Shown piece after piece: positions 26,618 through 39,099 of a stretch of 64,000 nucleotides of DNA (positions are counted from its first letter, which is position 1; each line of letters starts with the position of its first letter). The position numbers were made by a program, and so were the translations under genes. The stretch lies in contig NC_134028.1 of the NCBI RefSeq assembly GCF_964204645.1, positions 15,879,653 to 15,943,652 on the forward strand. Reading direction: 5' to 3'. Below the pieces are notes generated by a model. The model had not been told where the DNA came from. It worked only from the letters and a program-made list of their open reading frames with translations, and ran no database searches. Source of the stretch: Tubulanus polymorphus. Its lineage: Eukaryota > Animalia > Nemertea.

Positions 26618-27810
26618 AACTTTTTTGACGCCTTATAAAACGTTACCATTATGAAACCTAAACAATGCTAACCATTCAGCGTCATTTTACAAACGACAAC
26701 CGTAAATCGATGTGCAAAACGTCACAGGTTTATGTGTACACAAACAAGCTATCTGGCAAAATATTATTGACATAGATGTAGAATGGCTTCCTGTGATTAT
26801 ATAATGACCTATATTTGAACGTCGAAATGTTATATTGCATTGAATATCATTAGAAGACGTATTGTAATAGTAAAGGATGTATGATTATATCAGAAGCGGC
26901 AGGCAAAAATAGAAATGATAAGTAAATCGGATTATTCGGTTAAATGGCGGATGTATACACGATGCGGAAGTCTGATATAAAAGTCAGACCCTGACGTGGG
27001 CATGCCGGTGGAATGACGAAGCTATCTACGATGTGTGTAGGGCCGGCGTAAATTTCATCAGCGGCTACAAGCGGTTAATATGAAAATGTGTAAACATCAA
27101 TATTCAATCGTTTGTGAAAATATGTTTGATATTAGGAGTATGCAAGTTTCGTGAGATTAGCAATTTATAATAGCATAGCTGTCATATACGGCTCCGTGTC
27201 CTCTGATGGCATGTGTATTAGGTGACAATTCAATTCAATTCTTTATTGATCCTTATTACATTGAAATTCCAGGATAAAATTCCCAAATTCAATAAATACA
27301 AATTTTAAAATAAATTAATACAACATACATGACACACGGGTAATTCATACAGAACAACATAAGCATGTTATTTTAAATGACAATGTCTACTTCAACCCAC
27401 CCAGACTCAAGACTCTAGGAAATCGAGTGACAGCCAAACGCGTGGCCCGGGCCCGGGGACCGGGCCGGCTGGCTAGGCCACACGATATGCTCGAAGTCAT
27501 AATGAAGCAGACATCAGAAGAGCTCTTTCTTCATCCATGGAGGCAATGAAGTTGCAGACCAGCTTAGAGGCATAAGTAAATGAAGTCGGTCGCAAGTTCG
27601 CGATCAATTATTGAGAATTTTCAATAAAAAAATTTAAACCACTACTAGAGTCGAAGACCTGTATCATCTACCCAATCGCCAAATCTCATCATTCCCCAAA
27701 TTTCTTAAAACTTCGATTTCAAATTTGCAATTCCACATTAGCTTAGCCCAGAAATTCTACATTTTTTTCCCAGGCGTCAAATAATTTTCTAAAATTAATT
27801 TTCTTGTTTC
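26618..27810 (+). mobile_element. Family D element, copy 2, nested in the EnSpm-like element
   Basis: Colinear direct repeat of 21897-23050. Confidence 0.75.
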
Positions 27811-29809
27811 AATCAACACTTACCATAACAGGACTCAAAACCTCTTTTTCAGTAATTTGTTTCGGCTGAAAGTATACATTTCATTTTCCATGTAGATACA
27901 TTACTATCTCCCTAGATTAATGATGGAAAATTCCATTTCAATTTGTAAATGATTCATTCAAATGTAGAAAGAATTGGCAAATAGTGTTCAATACCCGCTG
28001 ATCATTCAGTTTAGGAATTATACAGTAGGCCTATAGTATGCAAACAAGTGTCTTTTTCCTGGACAGATCGTGATTTAAAAAAAGTTCATGGTGTAATCTA
28101 GGCCTACTTGTTATTGAACCTTTGAAAAAGCTAGGCATGGACATGTTGTACTTTGCCATGCATCAATCATGAAATATTTGTAATGCATCAAACATGTCCA
28201 TGAAATAAAGTTTGGATGAATTTGATTTAATTGATTGATTGGTACACGCCACTGATTTTACCGATTACAGTACATTCAATTAACATCATCGACTATGAAT
28301 ATTTGATGAAACAATAATACTTGCTTTTGAGCTTGGATTCAAACACAAGACTTTTCGAACTAAGAAAATAACCATGAAAATTAATTAAAAACAGCAACGA
28401 CTATCCTCGAAATGATTGCAAATGGCGCCGTGCATGCCTGCATGCTTATTCCGAGTCCTTTGCTAACCATCGTCAACAGTTCGAATCCCGTAAATACCTG
28501 CTAATTTTTCTAAGTCGTTTTTGAATATTTATAGTTTTTTAGAACTCAACAGTGAATGTAAAAACATATAATTTCCTTATTTCATTTATTCAGCCGAATG
28601 AAAATACAAACTCAATAGTCCGTGGACATTCGTACTTTGTTTTTGCACAGTAGGGGCACCAGTGTTAAGTAAAATCTAACCATGTGTTGAAAATGTTGAA
28701 ATAATGAGTACAGTTATGGAAATATTCTTATTCCAACATGGATTCTATGACAAAAATGCAAATGTTCAGAATTTGGAACCAACATGGGAATGGTTCATAT
28801 CCGAAATATTCACACTGTGTTGCAGATTGGAATAAAAGATGTTAATCACATGTGTTATTCTAATGACATGTGTGATCCTAGCGGTTACACATGTGATCTG
28901 TGTTGTTGAGCCAATCACATGTGTGAATCACACAAGTATTTCTCAATTTTTTTTTCAGAATCACACATGTGATCTTGTGTTATTCACACATGTGATATGC
29001 TTCACAACACAGATCACACGTGTGATAGCTGGAATCACGTGTGTTTTCTGTGTCTTTCACACCTTTCACATGTAATGTGTGTTATTCACACACATAACAT
29101 GTGTGAATTTTTTGTAAGGGCTACTGGGTGTCTCAGAAAATGTGTGACCAAAGCTTAAAGATGACTGATTCATTAACTATGATTAGCTCTCAAGGAACGA
29201 GCGTGTTATGCAAAAAATAGAGAATCTATTTAGAATCTGCATTTCCTGTGCTTCAGTTCATTCAACAAAGCACAGCCTACGTGCTCAATAGAATTAGTCA
29301 TTGTTTAATTCAGGCACTGTGTGCTTGTCTTGAGTGATGAATAGGAAGATTATAGAAATGGGGCTCCTCTTGGGACTCTCAACTATTTATTCAAGAGTGC
29401 ATTTAAGTATGAACATGTTCTAGTCATTTGGATATTGTTTGGAGCCATCCTTTGCATTGACTCAAGACATAAACATCAAGACGTCAACCGCGTGGCAGCC
29501 GTCTTAGTCTATCATTAGTCAAAGCTGGAAAATGGGCCTCAGATGCGCCAAAATCCCTTGAAATTTTGAAATTTTCTTGGGGGAAGACCCCCAAACCGTT
29601 AGGGGCTTTGCACCTTTGGTACTCGCGAATGCTGGCAGTAGTAGTTAGCCTAACAATTTAACTTCTAATATTTCCACTTTTTTTTGAAGCCTCTGTATTC
29701 ATCCCCATAGGAAATGCTCTCTAGTTGTCATTTGCATCCAAGATGGCTGGTTTAATGTAATATAAAAAATGAATTGGTTGGTGGGTCCAGTTTGGATCCA
29801 AACTAATAT

Positions 29810-29869
29810 AGATACCTTGTTTCTCAACATTCTGAAGTCGACTTCAGAATGTTGAGAAACAAGGTATCT
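29810..29869. repeat. Perfect loopless 60-bp palindrome
   Basis: AGATACCTTGTTTCTCAACATTCTGAAGTC|GACTTCAGAATGTTGAGAAACAAGGTATCT. Confidence 0.97.
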
Positions 29870-29902
29870 TATTAAGCCTAACTTATCTTCTTTTCTTTTT
29901 AG

Positions 29903-30023
29903 CTAAAGTGTTATCTGCTCTTGGACTGAACCTGAATAACAAAGTCGATAATTATAGTGATGTTACTTTACGTGCGATATTTATGCTGAACAACTACAAC
30001 CATATCTTGAAGTCTATGAAAAG
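29903..30023 (+). CDS. EXOC7: Exo70 internal exon
   Basis: tttttag|...|gttagt; KVLSALGLNLNNKVDNYSDVTLRAIFMLNNYNHILKSMKR matches Exo70 LxLNLxxKxxxYxDxxLxAIFLxNNYxYILKS. Confidence 0.96.
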
Positions 30024-30939
30024 GTTAGTAAAATGTATATAAGCTTATATGATATAAGGTCATTGGTTTCGGTATGGTCATGGGGGGCCATTGAATATTG
30101 AAATTGTTAGATTGTTGAGCATTTGAGACCACTTCCAAAGTGGGCATGGTGTCCCAGGCCCACCATGAGGCATTACTTTTGAAAAAGTTTTGACAAACGC
30201 AAGGAAATACTGACAAACTAACAAATTTGTGGGGTCGTACAAACAAATCCTGAAAAAGATAAAGTGCAATGCAAGATGGAACTTAAAGATTAAGAAAAAT
30301 TTCACATAGGCAAACAGAGCTGCCAACCATTCAGATTTTTTCCATAACTCTTCCATAAAATGGTGTGAAATTACGGCGTTCTGAGAATCTGAAAAATTTG
30401 ATAAGTTACTGAAAAACTTAATCATTTTTATAGCAAATTGCAGAATCATGCTGTTTAACTCTAATTATACTCTCAATATGATACTAGTACAGTAGCAGAA
30501 GTCAGGAAACAAAACTTTTGTTCAACGTAATTTACACTAGTACAGATTTTTAAGAACCACAATACTGATTCTTAAATTGTCTCCTGGTTTTAAAATTTGG
30601 GACGACTGGAAAAATTTTGCAAATACTTATAAACTTGGACATGTGTTCAGAAAAAGATGAAATCTAGGTTGGCAGCTCTGGGCAACATGCAAGCTCCAGT
30701 TATCAAAAAAAACCATTTGGACCATGGGGCAATTCATTTGTTCTTGCCACCAGGGGGAATAAATAAGATGGTGAATCGTATACAATTTGTCTATTCATAT
30801 TGGTACCTATGCATTTTGTTGTGATGCCAATCAATTGCAAGCTTATTGTTCATGCCATGTTCTATGATAGTAGTGAGGTCATTGGTTTATGAATGTGGTC
30901 ACCAGAAAGTATCCATAGACAGCAAGTTTTTTAAACGAT

Positions 30940-31135
30940 GATTAATCATGAAACTCTTTGAATAAGTATAAGGCAAAGGCACGCTTGAATGACTCTACGT
31001 ATGGTTGGTTACGGATGTGTATCGGCAAATTAATCCATGAAGGAGGTGCTGAGAGAGAAAAGATCATGAACTGTCCACAAGAGATGGAAAAATAGCATTG
31101 AGACGGATTTATCGACCAAAAACTTTGTTTCATCT
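30940..31135 (-). mobile_element. LINE (L2/CR1-like) 3' fragment
   Basis: FSLSAPPSWINLPIHIRNQPYVESFKRAF is a typical LINE ORF2 C-terminus. Confidence 0.55.
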
Positions 31136-31399
31136 AGAAGGATAGCCATTTTTATCTCCAACATTCATAACAACAGAACCAACCAGGTGGCAGCACAAGC
31201 TAATGCTACACAATTGCAACTGAATATACTTCTTCCGGAAAACAAGAACCATAGAAATCTGATCGATAAAGTGGTTCATCAAGACGAATTCCAGATGGTT
31301 GTCCTGTAAACCTAGCCGAATTTCAAATCTATAACAATTCGCAGTAAGTGAGGCTGGTGCCTGGTTATGAACAATTCTGAAGAAGAATTTTAAACTTCA

Positions 31400-31665
31400 G
31401 GGATGAGAATTCCCCATGGTTTCTCGCAGATTTTGGTTTCGAAAAATATCATTGTTCACTTACGCAAAGATCAAGCATTTCTTCTCCTTCGAATGTCCTA
31501 CTCCATAATCCCTTAGGGCTAATGTGTATACAAATTCAATTGTTTGTGATGTAAATGTTTCCTTTATCGGAAAACCAAACAACATCTAGCTACGAGAGTT
31601 AAAGAGCATCGGACAAACAAATCTGCTATAGGACAACATTTAACTATCTGTTCCGCTTGTAGTCA
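31400..31665 (+). mobile_element. Penelope-like GIY-YIG endonuclease fragment (frameshifted)
   Basis: With small frameshifts reads LRANV-YKFNCLCDVNVSFIG-TKQHLATRVKEHRTNKSAIGQHLTICSAC. Confidence 0.7.
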
Positions 31666-31946
31666 GGGCTTCAATGAAAACAAATTCAAAATTCTAGACA
31701 CAGCTGAAACAAATTCTAGACAAAACCACTATTGACCTGTTTCTGTAATCTTCAACATGATTTATGTATATGAAAAATGAAACTGTTTGTTCTGCTATGG
31801 ATATTGTGTTATTTGAACTCTCCACCGAGAATTCCGAGGATTTTTTGTCATCTTAACTTGAATTGAGTTTCATATGTTTATACTTGAAAAGCATCTGTAT
31901 CACCCTTCTCAAATGCATGACATCATATATTTCCGTCGAGTACTCT

Positions 31947-32215
31947 CCCAGCTAACACAAAAACGTTCAAGAAACGTTTAGAAAATGTATCGGTTTTGTA
32001 TTGGGAACGTTGTATTGAAATGTTATACTGTGAACACTTTTTAATGTTTTACAAATGTTTTTACAAAACATAAATGAAACCTCGTCAAAACCTTGAAGAA
32101 ACGTTACAAAAATGTTATTCTTAAATATCTTTGAAACATCCATTCATTCCTTTAATTGTAACATGACAGAAACATGAAAAACGTTTAAAAAACCTATCAG
32201 CAACGTTTCCTCCTT
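31947..32215 (+). mobile_element. Left end of a third CCC-ended EnSpm-like MITE with AACGTT subterminal repeats (other end not found)
   Basis: CCCAGCTAACACAAAAACGTT followed by repeated AAACGTT/AAATGTT motifs. Confidence 0.55.
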
Positions 32216-34899
32216 AACCTGCATGGTGGATATCCAGTATACAGAGATAAACTAAGTCATACGTATACAATACTTATACCTTTATTGGATATAAGTATTG
32301 ATTATATAGTTCAACAAAATTGATTATCATCAAAAATAAGCACCGATGGTTGGACAGATAGAGATATTCCTATTGCTTTTATTTTATGGCACACGTGTGA
32401 CGGCCCTTTCTTTAAGCATCTTCTTCACAGCCACTTTCGTCCAGGCGTAGGCCCCATTAATTCTCTCCTAGCACTTGTCTGGAACAAATAAAGCACATTT
32501 AGATTTACAGAAAACCATGAAATGAAAAAAAAATGAAGCAGCCTTTATACATCAAATTCTGGAAGTATGCTTAAATCAACTAATCAATTTGTTTCAAATA
32601 TCAGTAAATAATAAATCAATTCTTTTGTTCTTACCTTTTGAAATATACTATGATCAACGGATGATTTGATTCAATTCAATGAGAGATCAGAAATGAAAGA
32701 CCTTGCAGTGCAAGTGACATAGGCTTTTTCAAGATTGCGATGTTTGCAATGCACGTGCTCACAGGCAGCCTCTCTCTGAGGTGCACGGATCAGCTTCAAA
32801 TCCCATGAATATCAACTTTTTAAAAGTGATCTTTCCGCATCTAGGAATACATTTTACCATGTTTTTCTCAGAATAATATTCTTAACATGTAGCTGCAAAG
32901 CAGCGATGACAGGTTTTCTGCAAAGCCATTCAGGGTGATGGAAACTGTAGAAAATGTAAATACCGATACATAGAATAAAATGCATTGACAAATTCGAACC
33001 TAATATGCAACCACTGTCTAAACGTCAAATGTGATTCAGCTTTGAAACCGAACTTACGCATCCATACAATCAACAAATGTAAATTTATTCGACCGGGCAT
33101 TCATTTTGGCATTAAAACTTTATGATCAACACGCTTAAAAAATGGATCTTTTCTAAAGAACTCATCTTAAAAATCTGCTGAGTCGATAGGTTGAGTTAAT
33201 TTACAGATAAGAACGTATTATAATTTTGAATAGATTTAAGGAGTTAATCTTTTTGTTTAGATATTTGAATAAATACATATATTGTAGTGTAGATTCAATC
33301 AACAAATTATGATTTGATTTGGTCTGGATATCAGGCCAATGTTGATTTAGGGTTTTGTGGATTACAAATTCTATACTGATAAACAATTTATACCTGCAAC
33401 ATGTGAGTAAATATCTAACGTATTCGACTTTACTTGTATTTCCAAAAAAACGAAACAGTCACTCTTAGTTATTAGGAAGATAATGTTCATTTCGTTATAG
33501 ATATTCATTACCTTTTTGAAAATTCTACGACAATATTTGTTCTGTCCTAATTTCAATGACTGTATGAACCAATGATATGCTTTGTAAATATGATGTAATA
33601 AAATGATTTTGAATCAAATTTGAATATGAGAATCAAGCATAACTTGTGTTCTTTCCACTTGTCTTACTTGTCACTCGATAATAGTTCCAGAATTTCAATT
33701 ACAATCAAATCCAAATTGGCTCAATAGTACATAGGACTAAATGAAATGAGCTGTTAGTCACTGCAAACCTATTCCAGTGTTATGTCGATCATGTTGAATC
33801 ACTTTGCTTGAGTTGAAAGAATCAGATCTATCATATGATGCAACATCGGTCGAAGAGAGTTCTTGGTGTTGACTGCCCTTAATCATTTGTTTGACATTGG
33901 AATCCGCATGAACCCATTTGAACTGCAAAATATTCATAGAACATGAAAACCTATATTGTAAACAGTACATTGAAAGGCTGAATCCAAGAACATGTCAATT
34001 GCAACTTTGAGCCCTAACGTCTACTTTTAGTAGCCACTTGAGAACAATAAGCAATTGACGATATCGGCTACTTTTCCAGTAGTATACATTTCAAAACATC
34101 ACTCTGAAATTTTATTCCTTTCAATTCGGTTGGTTTTCTATAGTGGCTGTTTCGAAGAGCCTACTATTGAAAAGTGACCATTTCAAAACACCTGGTCTTG
34201 ATAGTGCACACTAGCAGTAGAGGTGACTGTAAAACCACCTGCCTGTAAACAGTGACTTTGTGATAGTAACTCCTACCTTAACAGCTACTCTCAAAACACG
34301 TCGTTTCTAAAAGTCAACTATTGAAAAGTGAACATTTTGATATGGCATGGTAATTTCCTGTTCAAAATAGCAGCCTCTGTTAAAGATTTGCAGTGATACG
34401 TGACAGGTTCAAAGGTACTGTTAAACCCTATATGCTTTGTATACAGAACTCTGTATGCTTTGAATAACTTTCTGTTAATACAAAATCAAAGTTTTTCAGT
34501 TGCTAAGAATCCCCTAAATTTTCTTACGCTCAACAAAATGGCAATATCCAATAGGAAAACTATTGATTTATACAACATCATCATGGATTAAATCCATTAA
34601 TACTAAAATAGTGCTAGTCCTAATTTAGCATTTTAAGATTTTGTTTTACCATTTGCGATTATAAAAGAATAAAGGATATATGAAAAAGGAATATACAAAT
34701 AAAATCATATGTTCATAAAATGAATTATGTCCTATTTATCTCATTATCTGGGCGAAGACTACATGAAATATTCCGAAAAAATGTATTTAAACTTGAATTT
34801 ATTGTTTATTTCGATACAAACGAGGCTTTTTCGTTAATGGATATTGAATCCTTTTATCGCTTGCTAGAAGTGATACTCTAATCAAGATCTTAGTTCATA

Positions 34900-35400
34900 A
34901 TAGAACGATGACCACACTCAAACGTGGTGAACGGATAATAAGATAAAATCCCACTATTTACAGATTAAAAGAATTTAAAAACAAGAATTTATTTATTAAA
35001 TCTAAAATATTTAAATGACACGACGTTTCGATCTCACCCTAGAGATCATCGTCAGGTGTGAGAAATAGACTTAAAACAGGGGTGTATATACAGAGGAGGA
35101 CAGGTTAATTGAGTAAATTAGTGAGTGAGTAAATAATTAGTGTTTGGCAAGGCATGAAGTAATATACTTAGAAAGAAGGGAATTATGCGGAGAAAAGCCA
35201 TTATTTAAATTGGTACTAATATCTGAGTGACGAGTAATTAGGGCAGACTCAACTATGTGGCGTTTAGTGTAATTGCTGGAAGTATAAATAATTTCGGCTT
35301 TATCAAAATTAAAACGATGACCAGTGTTCCAAACGTGATTGGCTACGCCACTAGCCGGTTTTTGATTTATTATATCCTTTTTGTGTTGAATTTCGGAACA
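34900..35400 (-). mobile_element. Penelope-like element 3' fragment (GIY-YIG C-terminus + pseudo-LTR)
   Basis: QHKKDI...SGVANHVWNTGHRFNFDKAEII...KRHIVESALI...NLNNG; absent from the first copy of the host element. Confidence 0.85.
35018..35059 (-). ncRNA. Minimal (Penelope-type) hammerhead ribozyme
   Basis: - strand ACAC-CUGACGA-u-GAUCUC-uagggu-GAGAUC-GAAAC-GUC-GUGU: intact core, 6-bp stem II, 4-bp stem I, palindromic ACGU in place of stem III. Confidence 0.8.
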
Positions 35401-36115
35401 TAAAATTATTAATTTTAGATTCACATACTCTCCTACTTTGTTGAGTGAATTGTTTATATATGTTATCAAAAACCCAGCAGCAACTATCGATCAGAAGGTC
35501 GATTACACTGGTTAACTAGACAGTGATTGATGAAGGAATGAACAAACTGCACTGACCACCAAAAGAACATGAACCAAAAACAATTACCTCTCAATAGCAA
35601 TAAACTTAGCACCGCAATATCTCTATGAGACTTTATTTAAAGGATAAAATGATAAAAATAACGTTACCAATACTTGAATTTGGAAGCAAATGCAGGCTAG
35701 AACCAACAAAGGTACCGATAAGATACTCTTATCCGTGTTAACTGTAGATAAATAAAGAAATTCCACAATAGAATTTTGTATCACGAAATTTATTAAAGTT
35801 AAACCACAACGTTTCGGCTGTTGATTGACAGCCAGCTGACTAAAAGCCCTTATCACTAGGAATGTAACCTGATGATGCCTGTTAGTCAAAGAGTCGAAAC
35901 GTTGCGGTTTCACCTTCTCAAATTTTATCATATTTAAAATTCTAATACTGGATTTCTTCATTCATGACCCCGGTGAAGATCACCAAAGGCCGTTACCGTA
36001 ATCCAAATGAAATCTTGAATACCATACAAAGTTTCTTATTGCTATAAAATTCGATCAAATATGGGCTCAATTTAGATGATTTCTTTAGAATGTTTAAAAT
36101 CCACATGGATATATC

Positions 36116-37110
36116 TTGTTAAAACACATTATCTTATATTCAGTAGAGCTAGAAAAAACCTGACTTACATGTATCCTTAAATGGTAATATCTTAAAAGAA
36201 CTGCCCTACTCCAGATTTCTAGGTGTATATATTGATGAGGACTTAAACTGGAAACCACATATCCAGCAAACTTCTAAAAAAATCTCAGAACATGTTGGTA
36301 TCATGCGCAGACTGGCAACATATTTGCCCTCGAAGATTCTTATTGAAGTATATTATACTATGATATATCCACATATATACTATTGTAATATTGTCTGGGG
36401 CAACAACCACGCTAACTTAAATAGGATTGCTCTCCTTCAAAAAAGGTACTTAGAATTATAACTAAAACCCACTACTTAGCACATACTAGCCAATTATTTA
36501 AGGATTTGAATATTCTAAAATCAGATGATGTTAATAAATTACAAGTTGCTCAATTTATGTACATGTATGTATCTAACCTTTTACCAGATGTATTTAATGG
36601 CTTCTTTGAGTTAAACAGAAATCACAGAACTCGCCACACTAACTATTTTGTATTACCTTTTTGCCAAAATAACTTAAGCCGTAATTTTCTTAGTTACAAA
36701 GGCCCTAAACTATGAAATCAAATGAGTAACTTTCTTAAATCATCTCCTTCCATAGAGATCTTTAAGTCAGCCTATAAGAAGTTTATAATTAGTAACTATT
36801 AATCATTATTTTAAAAAAAGCAAATAAATTAGTAAAATAATGTAAGTCTACCGTTTAACTATCGTATACCTAATTTTTTGTATGCCTACACTTTTATAAA
36901 CTGTAACAGTAGAAAAGCGAGTGTGAGAAAGTATGAATGTGAGGGTGAGAGTGAAGTGTGTATTTGGGTACTTGTTGCTACCAGTGAAAAATTTAAACAG
37001 GTTCACCATGCTAATATAAATGTTAAAAATAATTATGTATGTACTACTTTATTATATATAACTCATGTTTATTAGCAAAGTGAAGAATAATAATAATAAT
37101 AATAATAATA
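36116..37110 (+). mobile_element. 5'-truncated L2/Crack-like LINE with (TAA)n tail
   Basis: RFLGVYIDEDLNWKPHI...IYPHIYYCNIVWGN...FLSYKGPKL; (TAA)n at 37086-37110; splits a sequence that is contiguous at ~2425-2432. Confidence 0.9.
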
Positions 37111-37300
37111 GCATATTTTGTTTTTAAAAAATCAATGATTCAGCGAAATTAGAATTTAGGGAAATTCGAACACTCTGAAATGCACACCTTAATTTAAGAT
37201 GCAAAGACAATCAGGCCCCCGTTGAAAATAAACCACCATTTCAATAATGAGAGGCCTGAATTTATGATTGCACTTTTAATTTAAGAATTTAAATCAAAAA

Positions 37301-37670
37301 TTATAGCTGCAAAGCAGCGATAACGGGTTTTCTGCTGTCTTAGAATCCTGTTCATCGGTGGATTTCGACAAAGCATTTGATAAGGCACAACATCAGCCAT
37401 TACTAACTAAACAGGCTATTAGGAAATAGTATCAATGATAGGTCGCCCAAATGGCTCAGCAGTAATCTCTGAACGAAAACTTATAGCCAAAATCAACGGA
37501 ACGCCTCATCTTGGAATAAGTCGGTCTAACTAGTGGAGTCACGCTAGGTAGTATCCGAAGTCATCTACTGTTTAATGTCCTGACAAATGACATACACAGT
37601 AATCCAAAATATACCGCAATGCAATTGTGACAAAGTATTGATGCGAATGACCTATTTAGTTCATCGACCA
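37301..37670 (+). mobile_element. Dispersed element carrying a decayed CR1-type RT fragment
   Basis: TATAGCTGCAAAGCAGCGATAACGGGTTTTCTGC start, then DFDKAFDK and SGV.xGS remnants; homologous to ~59600-59952 (-); same start motif at ~32890. Confidence 0.6.
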
Positions 37671-37852
37671 TGTACCGAACACTTTTATTGTGCCCCAGCG
37701 TTTTCGTGGAAGGCGTGATCCGTATAACGATTTATTGTGATATTAACACGATATATCGACTTAATTATGTCGATAAATCGCGATATATCACGTTTGTTCG
37801 ACATAATTTTGTCGTGATAAAAGGTCGCAACGGTTTTTTCGGGTCCCATATA

Positions 37853-38238
37853 TACGGAAGCGATAAAGGGCCTCGAGTTGTCGCGTTCCAACTCGACAAA
37901 GTCGCCATATTTATATTGACATATCGCGATATATCGCTTCAAGTCGACATGAATATGTCGACATATTGTGACGTTTTGAGGACATATTTCGTTTTCTCAA
38001 CCATTTTCCTCGCAACAATTCGACATATTCATGACGACTTGAAACTCAGTCGCCATATTACTGGCGTCCTCATCTTACATTTCGACGTGTCTTCAAATGA
38101 CAACGTCACGATATGTCGACATATTCATGTCGACTTGACGCGATATATCGCGATATGTCGACATAAATATAGCGACTTGTCGAGTTGGAACGCGACAACT
38201 CGAGGCCCTTTATCGCTTTTGACATATAAGCTTCCGTA
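37853..38238. mobile_element. Palindromic MITE with TACGG termini (IS3EU-like)
   Basis: ~125-bp inverted arms TACGGAAGCGATAAAGGGCCTCGAGTTGTCGCG... / ...CGCGACAACTCGAGGCCCTTTATCGCTT; CATATA on both sides as a possible 6-bp TSD. Confidence 0.65.
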
Positions 38239-38436
38239 CATCTTTAGAAAAAGAAATAATATATGATCTTTCATTAAGTAGGATCACTTGAATGATCGCT
38301 TTAATATCACTTTAAAAAAAAAAAGAATCTGCCAAAATGATCTTAATATTTGACACTATATCAAATTAATTGACTTCAAAATAGGCGAAAGCATAAGTCT
38401 TTATTTATTGGCCTAATTATTCAAAAGCTTATAAAG

Positions 38437-39099
38437 TGGGCGACAAAACCAAAAAAATGAATTGTCGCGGGCGATAAAACCCAAATAATCAATTGTCGCG
38501 GGCGATAAACCCAAATAATCAATTGTCGCTGGCGATAAAACCGAAATATTGAATTTGCGCGAGCGACAAAACCAAAAAAATTAATTGTCGCAGGCGATAA
38601 AACCAAAATCTTGAATTGTCGCGGGCGACAAAACCAAAATATTGAATTGTCGCGGGTGACAAAGCCAAACTAATGAATTGTCGCGGGCGATAAAACCAAA
38701 ATAATGAATTGTCGCGGGTGATAAAACCAAAATAATGAATTGTCGCTGGCGATAAAACCAAAATATTGAATTGTCGACGCGACAAAACCAAAATATTGAA
38801 TTGTCGCATGCGACAAAACCAAAATAATGAATTGTTGCGGGCGATAAAGCCAAAATAATGAATTGTCGCGGGCGATAAAACCAAAATATTGAATTGTCGT
38901 GGGCGACAAACCCATAATATTGATTTGTCACGGGTGACAAAACCAAATTAATGAATTGTCGCGGGCTGTAAAACCAAAATAATGAATTGTCACAAAACCA
39001 AAATTATTGTTTTGTCACGTTATTTTAGTTTTGTCATAATGTCGCCCTCATTTGCATATTCGTGTTTTTTTTTACGCATGGCCCTCATCAGCCACCATA
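38437..39099. repeat. ~31-32-bp minisatellite (about 18 units) ending in a CCATA terminus; probable IS3EU-like element end
   Basis: Unit GCGGGCGA(T/C)AAAACCAAAATA(T/A)TGAATTGTC repeated head to tail; ends GGCCCTCATCAGCCACCATA. Confidence 0.85.

Larger units (their letters stand above)
25880..29120. mobile_element. Non-autonomous CMC/EnSpm-like element with CCC...GGG ends and CACATGTG subterminal repeats
   Basis: CCCTTACAAAAAA at 25880 and TTTTTTGTAAGGG ending at 29120; many ATCACACATGTGA-type palindromes at both ends. Flanking dinucleotides (AT/CT) do not match. Confidence 0.8.
33969..37300 (+). mobile_element. Second copy of the 444-3370 foldback element (right TIR missing), with Penelope and LINE insertions
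   Basis: Colinear with 444-~2610 apart from insertions at ~34900-35400 and ~36116-37110. Confidence 0.9.

Noticed and set aside
37670-38266. 198-aa ORF
   Set aside because: Runs through a palindromic MITE and shows no recognisable protein motif.
38437-39030. CRISPR-like ~31-bp repeats
   Set aside because: Units are head to tail with no unique spacers, there are no cas genes and the context is eukaryotic; it is a minisatellite. The overlapping ORFs are repeat artefacts.
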